DNA of 61,913 nt, the filler included, from Streblomastix strix (lineage: Eukaryota), in assembly GCA_008636045.1 (NCBI GenBank). It is 4 parts of 4 records of this genome, joined end to end, with 100 filler letters (N's around TTAATTAATTAA, not from the genome) between each part and the next. Parts side by side here need not be neighbours in the genome. Positions count along the whole stretch, not along the records: positions 15,506 to 30,909 come from SNRW01000991.1; positions 31,010 to 46,412 come from SNRW01000992.1; 2 more parts are not named here. One strand, 5' to 3'. This document shows, in pieces, positions 24,810-41,995 of the stretch. A program made the position numbers and the translations under genes. The notes under the pieces were generated by a model. That model did no database searches. It worked only from the letters and a program-made list of their open reading frames with translations, and was not told the DNA's origin. Each line of letters opens with the position of its first letter. Position 1 is the stretch's first letter.

Positions 24810-27093
24810 CTTAATTTAACATGAACTATTAACTATCTGTTATTATTATTTAGATTTTGATATTAATACTGATAATGTTGAAGATGAAAACGAAGATGAA
24901 ATATCACTACTACTTTCACTGTCTGTTTCAGCATCATTAATCGGTTTCTGTTTTGAATTTGATTTCCTCTTAAGATCTGAACTATATCTCTTTTAACTTT
25001 CTTCTTTTTTCTCTCTAGAATTTGTTTATTTTGAAGATTTTTTATTTCTCTTCATATTTTCTTTCTTCTTCTTCTAAATTGCTTTCTTATCATCTTCATA
25101 TTCACTTTCTCTGTATTAATATTCTTCAACAGATCCTTTTGATACTACTTTGCTATGAACTTTGCTAGGTTTCCTAAAGATGATGCAGAATATTATAGAT
25201 AAATTGATATTATACATAAATTAATATTGTAGATAAATTAATATTATAGATAAATTAATATTATAGACAAATTGACATTATAAATAAAATTAAATATATA
25301 CAAATTCAATATAAATATTCAAATTATTTAATCATTTTCTCTCCACTATTTTTCTACAATCTTTTTGATTTCTATTATTTCTTTTTTTTATTTTCAATCT
25401 TATCTCTCTTCTTCTTCTACTTCTTATTTCCTTTATACAACTTCACTCATTGACTCAGATGAATATCTGCCCACTGAATTTTCATCTGTTGCTTGAACTG
25501 AAATCGCTGCACTTTTTGAGGTTAGATTCCTGCTTTAAACCGGTTTCTTACGAGAAAGTCTGAGATTTTTTTTAGCATCTACATATATGTGTTCCCTGTG
25601 CGAAACATTTTCGTTCAGTTTTTTTACTTCATCTTACTCGTTCTCAAGTTTTGCTTCTTGGATAATTGCTTGAAAATCAGTTTTTTTATATCTGGTTACT
25701 TTACGCTACGCTTATTTCTAATTCTATGATGTTTGTTGTTGCATTTGTCCTTAATCTGATTGTTGCTTATTAAATATCAACTAATCTCTTTCTATGACTA
25801 ACTAAGCAAATTCTTCTTCTTCTTCGTTGGATACCGTTTTAACTGAAACTTCGGAGGAGCTGTCTTTAATTTCAATTTATTTAACTTTAATTTATTTATT
25901 GTCTTTATCTTTCATTTTTGTGATACAAAAACAGTATATTATAAATAGTGCTGCTATTTATAAGGCAATGAGTGCAATAACACTGAATACAACTATTATT
26001 ACTATACTAGTTGTGTTTAATTTCTTTTTAGTTTCTGAAGGAATATCAACTACTACTGGAGTAATGACATCTTGTTCTTTCACTTTAAACCATTTTCCTT
26101 CACTTTCATATCCATCGTCATATAATTTAGCTTCAACTGCTTCAGTGAAATTAATAAATCGAATATTGTTAGTAAGAATTGTGATTACGACGCTCTTACT
26201 ATTATCTCAATTTTCTTATATGTATTTTAATCTATTCAAATATAATCATATCTTTTCGCAATCCATTATTCTCGAGTTTGCTCAATCGATCAGCATTGAC
26301 TTATGAACCATCGTTTGCAATCAAGAATGCATCCTACAAAAAATTAAATGTAGAATTAATGATATCTACAACTACAGCACCATTGACTTTGACTGCTGCT
26401 TTATTAGAGAGATTTTAAACTTCACTTTAATTCATTCCTCCCCAAAAGTATTAATCATTAGTAAAACTAATTATCGATGAATCAATGATTTGCAAGTTCA
26501 TTGGACGTGAAGGTGGAAGAGAGTGATCAAAGTTGTCAAATGAAATGGAAAAGTAGAGAGCTGAAGATTGTTGCGCTGTACAGCCTATAACGGACAATTT
26601 TTCAAATATAACAAGTATTTTGTCCAATGAATTTATTTCTTGCACTAGAACAGGTGTTTCTAATGAGTAATCAACAAGATTTTAGATGACAGTTTATGAA
26701 TAACATTTAATCAAATTACCCAACTTCAATCAGCGGAGCTTATCCTGATATTCTTTTTCCATCGATCATTGTTTGTTGTATAATAAACTCTCCATTAGTT
26801 TAGATATTAGCCAGTCTATATTAATTGATGTCGACATGCGTACTCCTGGTGAACGTGCAGTTATAAATGGTTAAATAGTCATAATCATTCCAGAGATATA
26901 AATAAGTTGAGCTTAAGTAAAGTTCCTATGAATCAAAATAAATAGTGGCTGTTTGACTTATTTTTAAGAGGTAATGGATCTAAATAAAAGCATCACAACA
27001 CTCACGAATTGCAATTAGGCTACATACTATGAAAAAAATTAAAAAATAAATATATATAAAAGTTACTTAAGATTGTAAGCATGCATTTCATGA
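24810..27093 (-). pseudogene. Single-pass (type I) membrane/surface protein with charged cytoplasmic tail; 5' part degenerate
   Basis: ...VITPVVVDIPSETKKKLNTTSIVIIVVFSVIALIALQIAALFIIYCFCITKMKDK (TM helix ~25920-26010), then a long K/E/Q-rich tail. TGA stops and frameshifts in the extracellular part. Confidence 0.5.
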
Positions 27094-27929
27094 CGTAATC
27101 ACCTTTCTCGGCATAGAAATAATTATATCTACTATATTTAATATTAATTTTTTTGTTTTCACTATTGTTTGTAAGAATAATTGTCTTTGAAACGTTAACA
27201 TGTTCTGCGTCTGATTTCGCTGTGCATTTTTCTATAATTAGTAAAAAATTATTATATTTGTCGTTATAAAAATATAAAAATATCATTATAAATGTAATAT
27301 TTAATAAAAGTGGCAAGAATACTTATATGTGACTGAAATTATATGAGTTTTTGATTAAGTTTAAACAATTATTCAATATGCATTATTTATGATACATTAA
27401 ATATTTATAATAATATAATTTTAATTAATTTAAAGAAAATTTTAATAAATTTAAAAATAAAACTTGAATTGTTTATATTGTTGAGGAGTTGAAATTTTCG
27501 AATTTTTAGAAAATGTTTCTAAAAATTGGCCCAAGGTTTTTTTCTGTTCATTAAATTTTTTTTTGATTTTAAAACTTAATTAAAAATTTATTAATCATTT
27601 AAATAATTATTGGAGACTCCAACCCAAAATTTTTTTAACTTTAAGATATTCATTTTGTTTATTAGTTATTTATAATTTTTTATTTAATTAATATAATTAG
27701 GTGTAATTTGTTGTATGAAGCAATTTTAAGTGAAAATATTATCATTTTTTAAATATAGATAATTTATTTAATTGAATTTTATTTTTATTTTTATTTTTTT
27801 TAATTTAAATGCATTTTTTTTGAAATCTGCCCAAGAGTTTCCTTTATGCTTAAATTAAAGTTTTTAAAAAATAATATATATTATTAAAATTTATTATCGT
27901 AATTACAAGTTAACGGAGACTGGGAATCA

Positions 27930-29150
27930 TTAAAACCAAACACCATACTAATTTAAAACGGATTAGTGAAGTTAAAATGAATAGTGATACTTTGATGATT
28001 TTCGTGTTTTGTAGCAGTTATTGTTTCTTTATAATAATTACCTGCAGTAAGGATGGCATTGTCTAAGATTTAGCAGTAAAGATTTAATTCAATAGAAAGT
28101 GGACTCTTATATCTGACTAAGAGGATATAATTAATTCAATCATTACTTATTCAAAAAGCAGTTTTACTTCATTTTTGTTGAATGTTGCTTGACTTTTAGT
28201 AAGGATAATTGACTTTCAATTTTGTTCAACAACAATTTAAACTTGCAAACCAGAAATATAAAGAACTAATGATCAATAATTAATAATAAAAGAAACTTAT
28301 CAATGCTGGAATGCGTTCGAAGTTGAACTAGAAATGTTCGCAAATGCAAAAATTTTACAAAATCAAGAAATGCTTTGAACTAAACGAATAATTTTAATTA
28401 AAAAATAAATCGAAACAGCTTCAGATTAAATATAATAATAATAATTCAAAAAAAGTAAGAATAATAATTGAATTTGAGTAGTAAAGATATTGCACGGAAA
28501 ACAAAAATATCAAACATTTATATTGATTGAACAATAAGACATATATCAATGCAACCAGACAACCAATAATTCATTTAAAAATTATTCATATTTAATCTTT
28601 AATTAGCTCTTTTTATTGATGATAATGATAAATATAGTTAAGATAAAAATCATAATTTATTTATAATTTAATAAAAATATCTAACTGATGTAAAGAAAAA
28701 TGACATCTAATTGAAATGTAGAGCATGTAAGTTGCAATTAACTACAAATTTAAAGTCAATGAAACCAGATTAATTATATATGTTACTTGTAAATCGATAC
28801 ATAATCTCTTATGACGCATTTCCATCACTTAAGTTTTTGTCGTATGTATCAATATCATTACCACTAAATAACTGTTGGCCTGAGTTATGGTTTTCCTAAA
28901 TGAAATGCAATAAAATTCCATAATGAAATAAGATTAGTCTAAATATGCTTCAATATTTAATGAATATAAAGATGAATAGATGGTCAATACTCTCCAAGTA
29001 AAGATCTTTTGAAATTGTAAAGAGAAGGTTTAATGAAAAAGATCGCAGAATTTCAAGGAAAAGAGATCAGCAACCTAGTTTAAATGTGGAATATGATAAT
29101 ATTGAATTCATTGAATTAAACATTAATGATGTTGACAGTTTTATTTAGAA
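27930..29150 (+). pseudogene. hAT transposase, C-terminal half including dimerisation domain, degenerate
   Basis: HTNLKRISEVKMNS (LKxxxxTRWLS equivalent, ~27944-27985); TLISDQEDIINSI; FPSLKFLSYVSISLPLNNCWPELWFSQMKCNKIPQ*N (LPxxxxxxERxFSxM...RNRL equivalent, ~28819-28935). Confidence 0.7.
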
Positions 29151-30909
29151 TGAAATAAAACAAAATAATAAGTTGTAAAATTATACGAAATACAAGTTCT
29201 TTTTTTTGCTGGTACACAAACATTCTTAGAGGGATCACTGATATAAATGCATTAATTCTTTCATTAACACCAATTACTTTGAACATAGTACATCCTATAT
29301 CATTTGGGGGAATTTTATCATCAGCTCTTCCATTAAATGCTAAACCAACATCGTCAGCCCTTACATTAAATGCTTATCTAAAATTATCAAACCAAATATT
29401 AATTGCATATTAGATAGATTTACAAGTGAAATGGATTGAAACATAAAGTTGGACCGAAGGAGCATCATATATTGACTTTTTTGCATATTTTGATATTTTA
29501 TCGAAATTTCGACATTATTTTATATTTTATTGTCGATTTCATATAAATTTTAATATTATTTATCAAAAATTAGCAGCGTTAATTTCACAAATTTTATTTT
29601 ATAAAAATTTTATAAATTAGGGAAACTCGGGCTAATACGTGATTTTATGTCCATTTACTAATATTAACAAAAAAAATTCCATTTTTTCAAGCAATACATT
29701 TAAAATTCTTTATATTGTAATCTTGCTTATTTATTACTTTGAAATTTAGAATCAATCAATATCATCGGTCGATTTCATACTAATATCCTTTTAAGTACTA
29801 AAAAATTGAGTCTATCATTGAAAAGTTACCTGAGGTTTTCTATGCTTCCACAACTGATTAGTTTTTATTAATTAAAATAAAATAAAATAAATGCAAAATT
29901 ATTAAAAATTAAAATTTTTAAAATTCATACAGATAAATTAAGCTATTCTAATATTCACTAAACAAATCAAGAAATACATAAGAATATTCTTTTCTTCAAT
30001 TCGATCAAGAACATCAAATAGTATATTAAATATACATTTGTAAGTATCAAACAATAATTAAAGTGTTGAACTTGGTTTATCAAAAAGTTTAAAAATAATT
30101 GAGAACACATTTATTTCAAATAATCTATATGAATGATTGGGTTAACAAAGATATTTTAATGAACAGAAAAGAAGAAAATGATATTCGTATATAATTTAAT
30201 GTATAAAATTCGATGATTTTTTATGTTGAATTGAAGTTTGATTCTTTGTCTACATATCTAAATAATATTCTAATAATAGCTACTACTGAATGTTATTATG
30301 AAACATTTTCAACTGATTGTGGATTATATTATAGAATTTGTAAATAATTTCAAAAAGTTATTAAAAAATAATTCTTTTTAATAAAATTATTAATTTTAAT
30401 AATAAAATTCAATAAAATATTTTTTAAATAAATCAGTAGATGTAAATAAATCAATGCAAAGATCAAAGTTCCTTTAACTATATTGAGTATTGATCTTTGT
30501 GATTTGTCAACTTTATCATATTATAATGAACTGGACGATGCGAAATGAAAATCAAATGGAGGTGGAGTATACCATTTTTTCACAAAATTTAAATATTGGG
30601 CGTGGAATAAACAAGAAATTATTGATATAAAATAATAAAATTTCCAAATATCATAATAATTTTATATATAAATAAAATAAATTTACTCAAAGATCATTCA
30701 GTCTCTTAATCTCATCATGCTTTTCAAAAATTTCTTTATGAAATGCTTTTTTTAATTATTCCTTTTTCTTTTTTATCTCTTTCTATTTTTCCTCGTTTTT
30801 AAATAGGTTTATATTGCAAAAATTTTTTCGTTATAATTAAATAACGAGGTCATAATTGCAAAAGTTATACTATTAATATTTTTAAAATAGAATTGTAATA
30901 TATATTTTT

Positions 30910-31009
30910 NNNNNNNNNNNNNNNNNNNNNNNNNNNNNNNNNNNNNNNNNNNNTTAATTAATTAANNNNNNNNNNNNNNNNNNNNNNNNNNNNNNNNNNN
31001 NNNNNNNNN
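30910..31009. other. Artificial contig-join linker
   Basis: N44-TTAATTAATTAA-N44. Confidence 0.98.
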
Positions 31010-31262
31010 AATCATCTGGTATTTTCGCATGGAATGTACAATCAATACTTACACAACACTCGGCGCAAAGATGATATTTGCATTCAGTAGTTGTCATGTT
31101 CGTGCACTATACATTTTCGCATTTTATAGCATTAATTTCAGCATATTCTGTTTGTATAGGCTTCTCGCGTTTTCTACAACACAAACACATGAGCAGTACT
31201 GAAACAATTGCGATGACAATAATTATTCCAACTATACTCGACTTTAAATGCTTGTATCCGCT
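31010..31262 (-). pseudogene. Coding fragment: TM helix followed by a Cys-rich putative zinc finger
   Basis: GYKHLKSSIVGIIIVIAIVSVLLMCLCCRKREKPIQTEYAEINAIKCENVQCTNMTTTECKYHLCAECCKY*LYIPC; at contig edge. Confidence 0.4.
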
Positions 31263-32270
31263 AGATACATATATAAATAATCTTATATAAAAAATGAAAT
31301 ATAAAGTTAAAAAAATTAAAAATGTTATTAAATTCATATTAAATAAATAAAATCAAAGATAAAATTATTAGATTTTGAAGAATAGCGAAAATTGAATGAT
31401 AGAGAAAGTTTAAAGTAATTAAAATATACATATAAAACAAATAAAATAACAAAAATTATAATAAATAATAATAAAATACTTTATTGTATATTTTTTTTCA
31501 AAAATAATATTCGTTTTAACTTACGGTTATGGCGTAATATTCATTTGTTTTAGTATATTTTTTATATCATATTTTCATATGTTAGAAATTTGTTTTTATG
31601 TATAATTTTTCCAATATTAAGTTATTCTTAAGAGAATTTATTAATGTGTCATAATTATGTTCAATTTAGCTGTATGGAATTGGAGTATTTCATGAATTAA
31701 TTTTTGAAAAATTGAATGTCATATTATGTGGCTAATTTATTTAAATTCGAAACAAATTAATAAAAATTAATATAGGAAATAAAAAATAATAATAAATATA
31801 TATGTATGCGAATATTAATAATGTTGAAATGAAATAAATTCATGTTTAAATTTGTGAGTTAAATTTCTATGTGGGTGTTTAGTTAAATGTTAAACATTGA
31901 ATATATTTTTTATTAAATATTATTTTATTATCAAATTTAATGATAAATTAATATAATATACACCTACCTGTCAAAAAAAGACGATTATTCAATTTCAATA
32001 ATTAATTTCTAACTCTTCTTTCTTTTATTAATTCTACACAAATTGTTAATTAAATAATTAATTATATTATATTCAATACAATATAAATGAAATTATTTGC
32101 TGTTAGCTTTGTTTATTACAAAATTATGAACACTATATTTGTTAAGATCTGAAAGTTACATTTAATTGAAAGGTTACAAGATTATAAATCATATCAAATT
32201 GAACTAAATTATAAGATAGCTCATTTCAAAAGAATAAGGAATATTCTTCTTTATTCAATCTTTATCTTTA
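31245..32270. repeat. ~1-kb direct repeat, copy 1 (copy 2 at ~35835-36860)
   Basis: Collinear shared blocks such as GGTTATGGCGTAATATTCA, TTAGCTGTATGGAAT, GTCATATTATGTGGCTAATTTA, TAAATCATATCAAATTGAACTAAATTATAA. Confidence 0.85.
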
Positions 32271-32289
32271 TCATTCTTCTTCATTCTCT

Positions 32290-33570
32290 ATTTGTGATAC
32301 CAACTCCTTTTGGACCTCCTGAACCAGCACTATTTATAGTGAATTCATGCAATTATACTGCTGCTACTTTAGCTGGGTTAGAATTATAGAGATATATTGA
32401 AGAAATTCCTGGAGTTGTTCTGAATATCGATCGTTAGAAGCAAGAATTGATTCTTGCAGATGAATCATAAGTTCCATTTGATAAGCTTATAATAGCAGCT
32501 GGATTATAAGATCAAATTTTAAAAAGACTTTCACAACCAATTGCAGAGAGTGATTTCCATGTAGATATTGCAGATGGAGCGATCACAATGAATGATGAAG
32601 CTGATGTTATCCGACTTTAGAGATTCATTCACAAACCAACACAACCTGGTGGAAAGGAGTGGCTTGAAGATGAAGATGAGATTGGTGTTATATATGGAGC
32701 TACACTCCGAGCATATTCAGTACTTGGATTATTATAAGCTGGCGTTCCTCATTAGAGATTATTATTTATTAGACCACAAGCTGATCCTGATGCAAATTCA
32801 TTGTATCATGAAAGAAGGATTGATGCATTTGAATGTGGAATTAAGAGGAAATAAAGATGGAGATGATTAAATTCCTTAAGTTGCATCTTTAAAAGGAGAT
32901 TTAGCACCATTCACTCCATTTGATGATCACGATACTCAAAATAAATTAAAGAGGAAAAATATCTATTTGAAGCTGGAGTAAGGATAATTGATGGAATGCA
33001 ATATCAGCACATACTGAATTAGGTGAGAATCCAATTGGGCCAGATGATGAAGAATATTGAATTAATATTTTGATGCAAATTATATAATTTAAATTAATGA
33101 ATAAATCATGTAGGAAGAAATTAACAATAAAAGAATAAGAAAGTAATTACTGATGAAGATATAAATAAAGATCAAAATGAAGATCATAATAAATAAAACT
33201 TATTCCTAGATGGAGAGAAAGAAGATGAAACGGATGCTCTGATCAACAAAATAATGGCAACAGAAAACAAAGATGATAAAAAAAAGTTTAGAAGAAAGAG
33301 AAGAAAATAAAGAAGAGGATAATCAATATGAAAAAGAATTGGAAGAAAAAGTGAATTTTAAATCAGAATATGGAAATGATATCTTTTGAGACTTCGATGA
33401 AGATGGATAAGATGAACCTGATTAATAAACTGGTAAAGAAGGAGCTGAAACAGAAGAAGAAGAAAATGAACTGCTAATAAAAATTTGTATCCAGAAAAAG
33501 AAGCAAAGTTGTAGCTGAGATTGCAGAGAGAAGTGGAGTACTTCATGTTAGTGGATCTGGATCAAGGAGA
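32290..33570 (+). pseudogene. CFAP61: Internal fragment of CFAP61 (FAD/NAD-binding-like region); no start codon, degenerate 3' part
   Basis: NSCNYTAATLAGLELQRYIEEIPGVVLNIDRQKQELILADESQVPFDKLIIAAGLQDQ...VIYGATLRAYSVLGLLQAGVPHQRL resembles the CFAP61 C-terminal region; frameshifts and TGAs after ~32850. Confidence 0.7.
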
Positions 33571-34169
33571 ATTTATTATTATATAAATTGTGTTGTAATA
33601 GAAAAAATAATTAAATATTTAATATTTAATTTTCACAATAAAATTAATTGAAAATAAACGAAATTTATTCAAAGAATTTAATATAAATTAAGAATTGTTT
33701 ATTTTTATTAGAACTGTTAAAAAAATCTTATAAATTAATTTAATAAATGTCAAAAGTCAAATAATTTTATATAAAAAATTAAAATATAAATTAAATTTGA
33801 AAAATATTAATAAATACACAAATAATCAATAATATTAAAGCCAAATTAATAAATATTTCGAAGAAAAATGAAATTGGGAAGATAGAGAGAGTAAAATGTA
33901 TGTAAAAAGTACTTGTAAAATAAACAAAAAGATAAAACAAGTTTATAATAATATGATTAAATAGTAAAAATCAGTATAATAACAGTTTTAATATGTAAAA
34001 ATCAGTATAATAATAGTATCAAAATATTAAGATTTGTATGGAATAAGATTAATCAACAAAAAAAAATTAAATTATAATTAAATCTAGAAAATATTGATAG
34101 TAACATTTATTCAATTTGATAAAAATATATATTTTTAATATATTTTATTTATTATTAAATATACAAACA

Positions 34170-35804
34170 TCATTATTGCTTATGTGGCCAATGTCTTGAA
34201 TGGAAATTCATGTGCAATCAACTAATGAAGTAGAATCCCTGAGCTCCAGATTATATAAGTTATAATATATTTGATCATTTAATAATACTTGTTATTTTCA
34301 AATTAATACATTAATTATTAATTTAAATTATATTATTCGAATTTATATTAATTATCAAACTTTACTATCAGCTTTCACTTCTCCATCTTCTGTATCCATT
34401 AACATCTCACGTGACATCAATGTTATTGTTTTGGTATTATATATAGAGAATAAATAATAATTAGTAAATAATCGATGATAATATTAATATTGAATATAAA
34501 ATATATTATTATTATAAAATAAACTTAAAATTATAAATATTAAATTTAAATTTAAAATATTGTTAGTGAATTATAATTGAAATACCCAGCGACTGTCATC
34601 AGAGTTGACTGTTCAACTTGCTTCTGCTCCTTAATTAACCCAAAGTCTGCAATCTTGAGTACCTTTTAATATGAATAAATAGAAATGGAAATAATAATAA
34701 TTAGAATTATTAATAAAAATAACAATTAAATAATAATAATTAATAAAATAGATTTGCAAACTATAAGACCAGATCCAGGTGGACTGTGTAGGAGGATATT
34801 CTGACCTTTGATGTCCCTGAATCTAAATAATAAATTATGATAAATAACAATAATAATTATATTGAAGTAAAAATTATATAATTAATTATTAATGAGTTAT
34901 TTAAATAATGAAATATTTATTCGTTGTATTGTAATATTGTAAACCTGTGGATGATTCCCTTTTCATGCATCAGTCGGACGCTTTCAACTGTTTCACTTAT
35001 TTATATATTTATATAAAATTATATGAATCATTCATAAATAAATACATTTCAAAACAGATTTCAATCAAATAATTATTTCAAATTAGATTCATACGAAGTT
35101 GTCTCATAATTGCACGTATAACAGGAATTGGCAAATCTTACTTCGACTCAATTAGGCAATCCAAGTTCTGTATTATAATATTTGAATAATGTGGTATTAA
35201 ATTAATAAATTGAATTATTTAATAAATTAATTAAACAACAATTACATATTATTACAAATAAATAATTATATAAAATCTTATAGTTTTATTTCAAATAGAT
35301 AATTCGTCTATTTAAACCTTCATCTTCGCAAACTCCATCAAAATGACTGTCTGAGTCCAATACATCGTTGCAGAATGGTACTTCAATACAAATGGATTTG
35401 AATTTCTTCTAATCAAATATATTAAATCAAATAATATATTATAAATAAAATAATATAAATATTCGTTATACAAAATTAATTCAAACTTTGTTAGTTAGAA
35501 TCCAACACGACATTCTTTTGTCTCAAAGTCTTCTTCTTTCATCACTTTGGTTCCAATTACTCCTGTTCCTGGTCTCCAAACTTCATAAACCCTGAAACAT
35601 GACTGAAAATAAGGAAAATGATTTTTTATTCAGAAAAGAAGCTAAAATGTCAGCGCACTGGCCAAATCCTCCTTTGCCTATCATCTGAATGACCTATATT
35701 TATATAATGTGAGTATATGGAAATAAATTTATGACAATTAGATCAATAAAGTTAAATAAAAAACTAACATAAAAGCATTATTCAACAAGAAGGTGCTTTC
35801 ACAT
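34170..35804 (-). pseudogene. Ser/Thr kinase pseudogene, same family as 5901-8985
   Basis: M*KHLLVEQCFY / VIQMIGKGGFGQ / VYEVWRPGTGVIGTKVMKEEDF / MHEKGIIHR / [16 protein letters not shown] / LKIADFGLIK / IWSSGILLHQLIAHEFPF. TGA at 35799-35801, APE region altered, C-terminus missing. Confidence 0.75.
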
Positions 35805-35834
35805 CCAAATCAAAATACAATAATGTTAATATTC

Positions 35835-36860
35835 CAATCCAAATGTTTGTACCTGTAAGATTTATTTATAAAAAATCTAATATTAAAAATGAAATATAAA
35901 GTAAAAAAAATGAAAAATGTAAATAAATTCATAAAAAATAAATAAAACAAAGTAAAATTAATTAAGATTTTGAAGAAAAGCGAAATTGTCAAAATAGTGA
36001 AAGAATAAAGTAAGTAAAAAATGATAGTAAAACAAATTAAAATAAAAATTAAGCAAACAAGCATAAAATTAAAATACTGATTAATTTAAATTCTATAATA
36101 AAATGCGATTTATGTTATGGTTATGGCGTAATATTCAATTATTTTAGTTAAATTTTTACATCATATTTTCATATGTTAATAATTCGTATATATGTCAAAT
36201 TTTGCCATTATTAAGTTAATCATAAGAGAATTTATTATTGTGCCATAATTATGTTAATATTAGCTGTATGGAATGGGAGCATTTCTTGAATTGATTTTAA
36301 AAAAATTATTGTCATATTATGTGGCTAATTTACTTGAATATGTAATAAATATTTATAAAATAATATGGGAAATAATATTAAAAATTAATAATTATTTATG
36401 TATTTGAATATTTAAATCTCAGAAATGGAATAAATTCAAGTTTAAATTAGTGTGTTATATTTCTCTGTGGATGTTTTGTTAAATGTTAAACAATGAATAT
36501 AATTTATATTAAAATGTATTTTTCAATCATGATTTATGATAAATCAAACTAATAAACACTTGTCGTTCAAGAAAAGACGATTATTTAATTTCTATAATTA
36601 ATTTCTAACTCGTCTTTCACTAAATAATTCAGTAAATATTGTGTTTGAAATAATTAATTATATTGTTTCAATACAAATTAATTAAAATCATTTGCAGTTT
36701 TATTTGTTTATTACAAATTCATGATTAGTGAATTTAATAAGGTCTAAAAGTTACATTGAATTGAAGAGTTAAAAGATAATAAATCATATCAAATTGAACT
36801 AAATTATAAATAAACTCATTTCAATAGAGTAATTAATATTCAATTTAATCTTTATCATTT
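35835..36860. repeat. ~1-kb direct repeat, copy 2; the spacer between the NEK-SPRY stop and the kinase start
   Basis: Collinear with 31245-32270. Confidence 0.85.
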
Positions 36861-36868
36861 TGATTCAT

Positions 36869-39756
<2,888 letters not shown>

Positions 39757-41995
39757 GCTGCTGTGACGTGAGAGCTACAAAATAAAATAATGAAAAAGTA
39801 TAATAAGAAAATAATGAGTAAAATGTATTAATAATAAAAAAAATGAAAAAAAGTCATGTTATAATAAAATTGTGCATATTATTAATAAGTTACAGTATAA
39901 ATGTTATTACATCCAAAAATATAAAAATAATATCTGTTCTTTTAATATTTCGTGGATAATTGGCTCTTTAATTTGGAAAATTTTCGCCGGTTAATTTTGG
40001 GCTTGCTAAATCGAAGTTATTGATAAAATATTTTGATTAAATTTATATATTTTTTGTCACATAAAATTAGATGGTATGCGATGAAATGAGAGAGCATTCT
40101 CTGTGGGAAAATCAAATCGTTTGGTTTTGTTTCATATTCTAGGTAATTAATAAATATTTTAGTTCATAAATATAAGGAATAATAGAATAATAAGAATATT
40201 GCATACAATCACTCCATTTGCGCTTTAATGGATGTTCATGGCCTCCAGATGACATGACAAACACACAGAAACAAGATCTAAGAGAAAATAAAGCAAAAAT
40301 AAAATGAAAATAATTAAAACAATTTTTGGTAAATATAGGGAAAAAATGAAATTTTTATGTTTGAGTTGAATTTTATTTTAATATATGCTAAAGCAAAGTA
40401 ATCTAATATGGGTCTCAATAAAAAATAAGCAAAATGGTTCCATCGATATTGTATCAGGAATGGTGAATCGAAAAAATAAAAAAAATAAAAAAAGCGCCGT
40501 TCAGCGCACAACGATTGTGATTCAGTGCAAATCGGTGTGTTTTTAGTGAAGAAAAATAAAAAATTTGAAATAAAATTGATGTTTTTCTGATGATCTAAAT
40601 TTTGCGTCGCTGGGGAGCAAAGTATTAAAGCCGATGATATCTCGATGCACAAGATAGTTCGTAATTGGATTTTTTCTGGAAAATTAATAATCATCAGTGC
40701 GCATATAATAAGGCGTATTTGGTTGCGATATGACGTTGCAAAAATTTAACAAATAATTTAAAGGTGCGAGAAAAAACCCGCTCCGCGCATAAACCCGCAC
40801 ATCGAGTTAAAAAATGTTTAAAAAGACAATTTATCAAATTTTAATTTAGGAAAATGTGCTTATATATCAGCATTGCCTCAAAATCGAAGTTTTACTTTTT
40901 TTACTGGTTTTTCACTTTTCAATACTGAGATTCAAATTACGAAATTATGATTTATTTATATTTGAGTATGTATTTTACTTCTATTTATTTAGATGAATCA
41001 TTAAATTTATTTTTTTACGTCACATTAAATCACATAATTTGCTGAGCCTTATTTCTACCCATCATAAGCTAAATATTGCATTTATTTTAATATTTTTATA
41101 TATCTAATAAATTATTAAAGCAATATTTATACGCATACATGATAAATATAATGCGAACTAATGTTAATATTCGAGTTAAATTTCTGTTACAAAATTTCAC
41201 AATTCAAAGCCATATCAATTTCTGTTCCAATTATATTCTTATTAGACTGTTCAATAGCCAAATTATGGGCATCTTTAAATAGGGACATTCAAAGATGTTA
41301 TTAGTAGATATTGTTGCATGTGCTATTATCTTGTTGCAAGAAGATTCGGATGGTATTACCAATGTTGTCCTGTTGAATATGAGGTTGAGATGAAGTTCTG
41401 ATTGAAGAAACTGACAGATGCATAAGGAGGAGTTACAATTAAAGAATATAATGAAAAATGCAGATCAGTTATGATGCAATATATTTAGTAATGTTTGTGA
41501 GAGTATCATGGGAAGTGACACAAGATTCAATAGCAGAAGGGAAAGAAAGAGCTATTATTTAGAAGATTAATAAAGGATGATTAGTTTCTTATAAGATATT
41601 TGCGAATACAGTTGTTTGTTTTAATTTTTATTTAAACCTATCAAATAAATAAATCTATACATTAACTTTTTTATAGAATTATATTATTATTAATTTTATT
41701 TTTTGATTAAATAAAATAGTATTTGGTTAAATAAAGATATTTAAAGAAAATGAATAAAAAATAAACTTAAAATTTATATAAAATATTCATTTCGTGTTAT
41801 TATAATAAGTAAACGGATCTTATATCAGTGAAGTTTTCCATACATTTGATTAAACAGTTTAGTAACAAGGTTATTATTATTATTATTATATTTAATTAAT
41901 ATTTTTTGATAATGAAGTGATTAGTTCTATTGCAGAATCTAACTTAGTTCCTAAAGTTTGAATTTAAATTGTTTGAATTTATAATGTTGCGTTTA

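Noticed and set aside
27520..27925. GCCCAAG and GGAGACT motifs as the right end of the insert in the hAT gene
   Set aside because: No matching inverted sequence found near 20630, so no TIR can be claimed.
29180..29520. Short frame (TPITLNIVHPISFGGILSSALPLNAKP...) reminiscent of viral fibre proteins
   Set aside because: Too short and degenerate to assign without a profile search.
40490..40745. GC-richer patch as a possible tRNA or ncRNA
   Set aside because: No cloverleaf, box motifs or convincing stems found by eye; more likely a TE or gene remnant.
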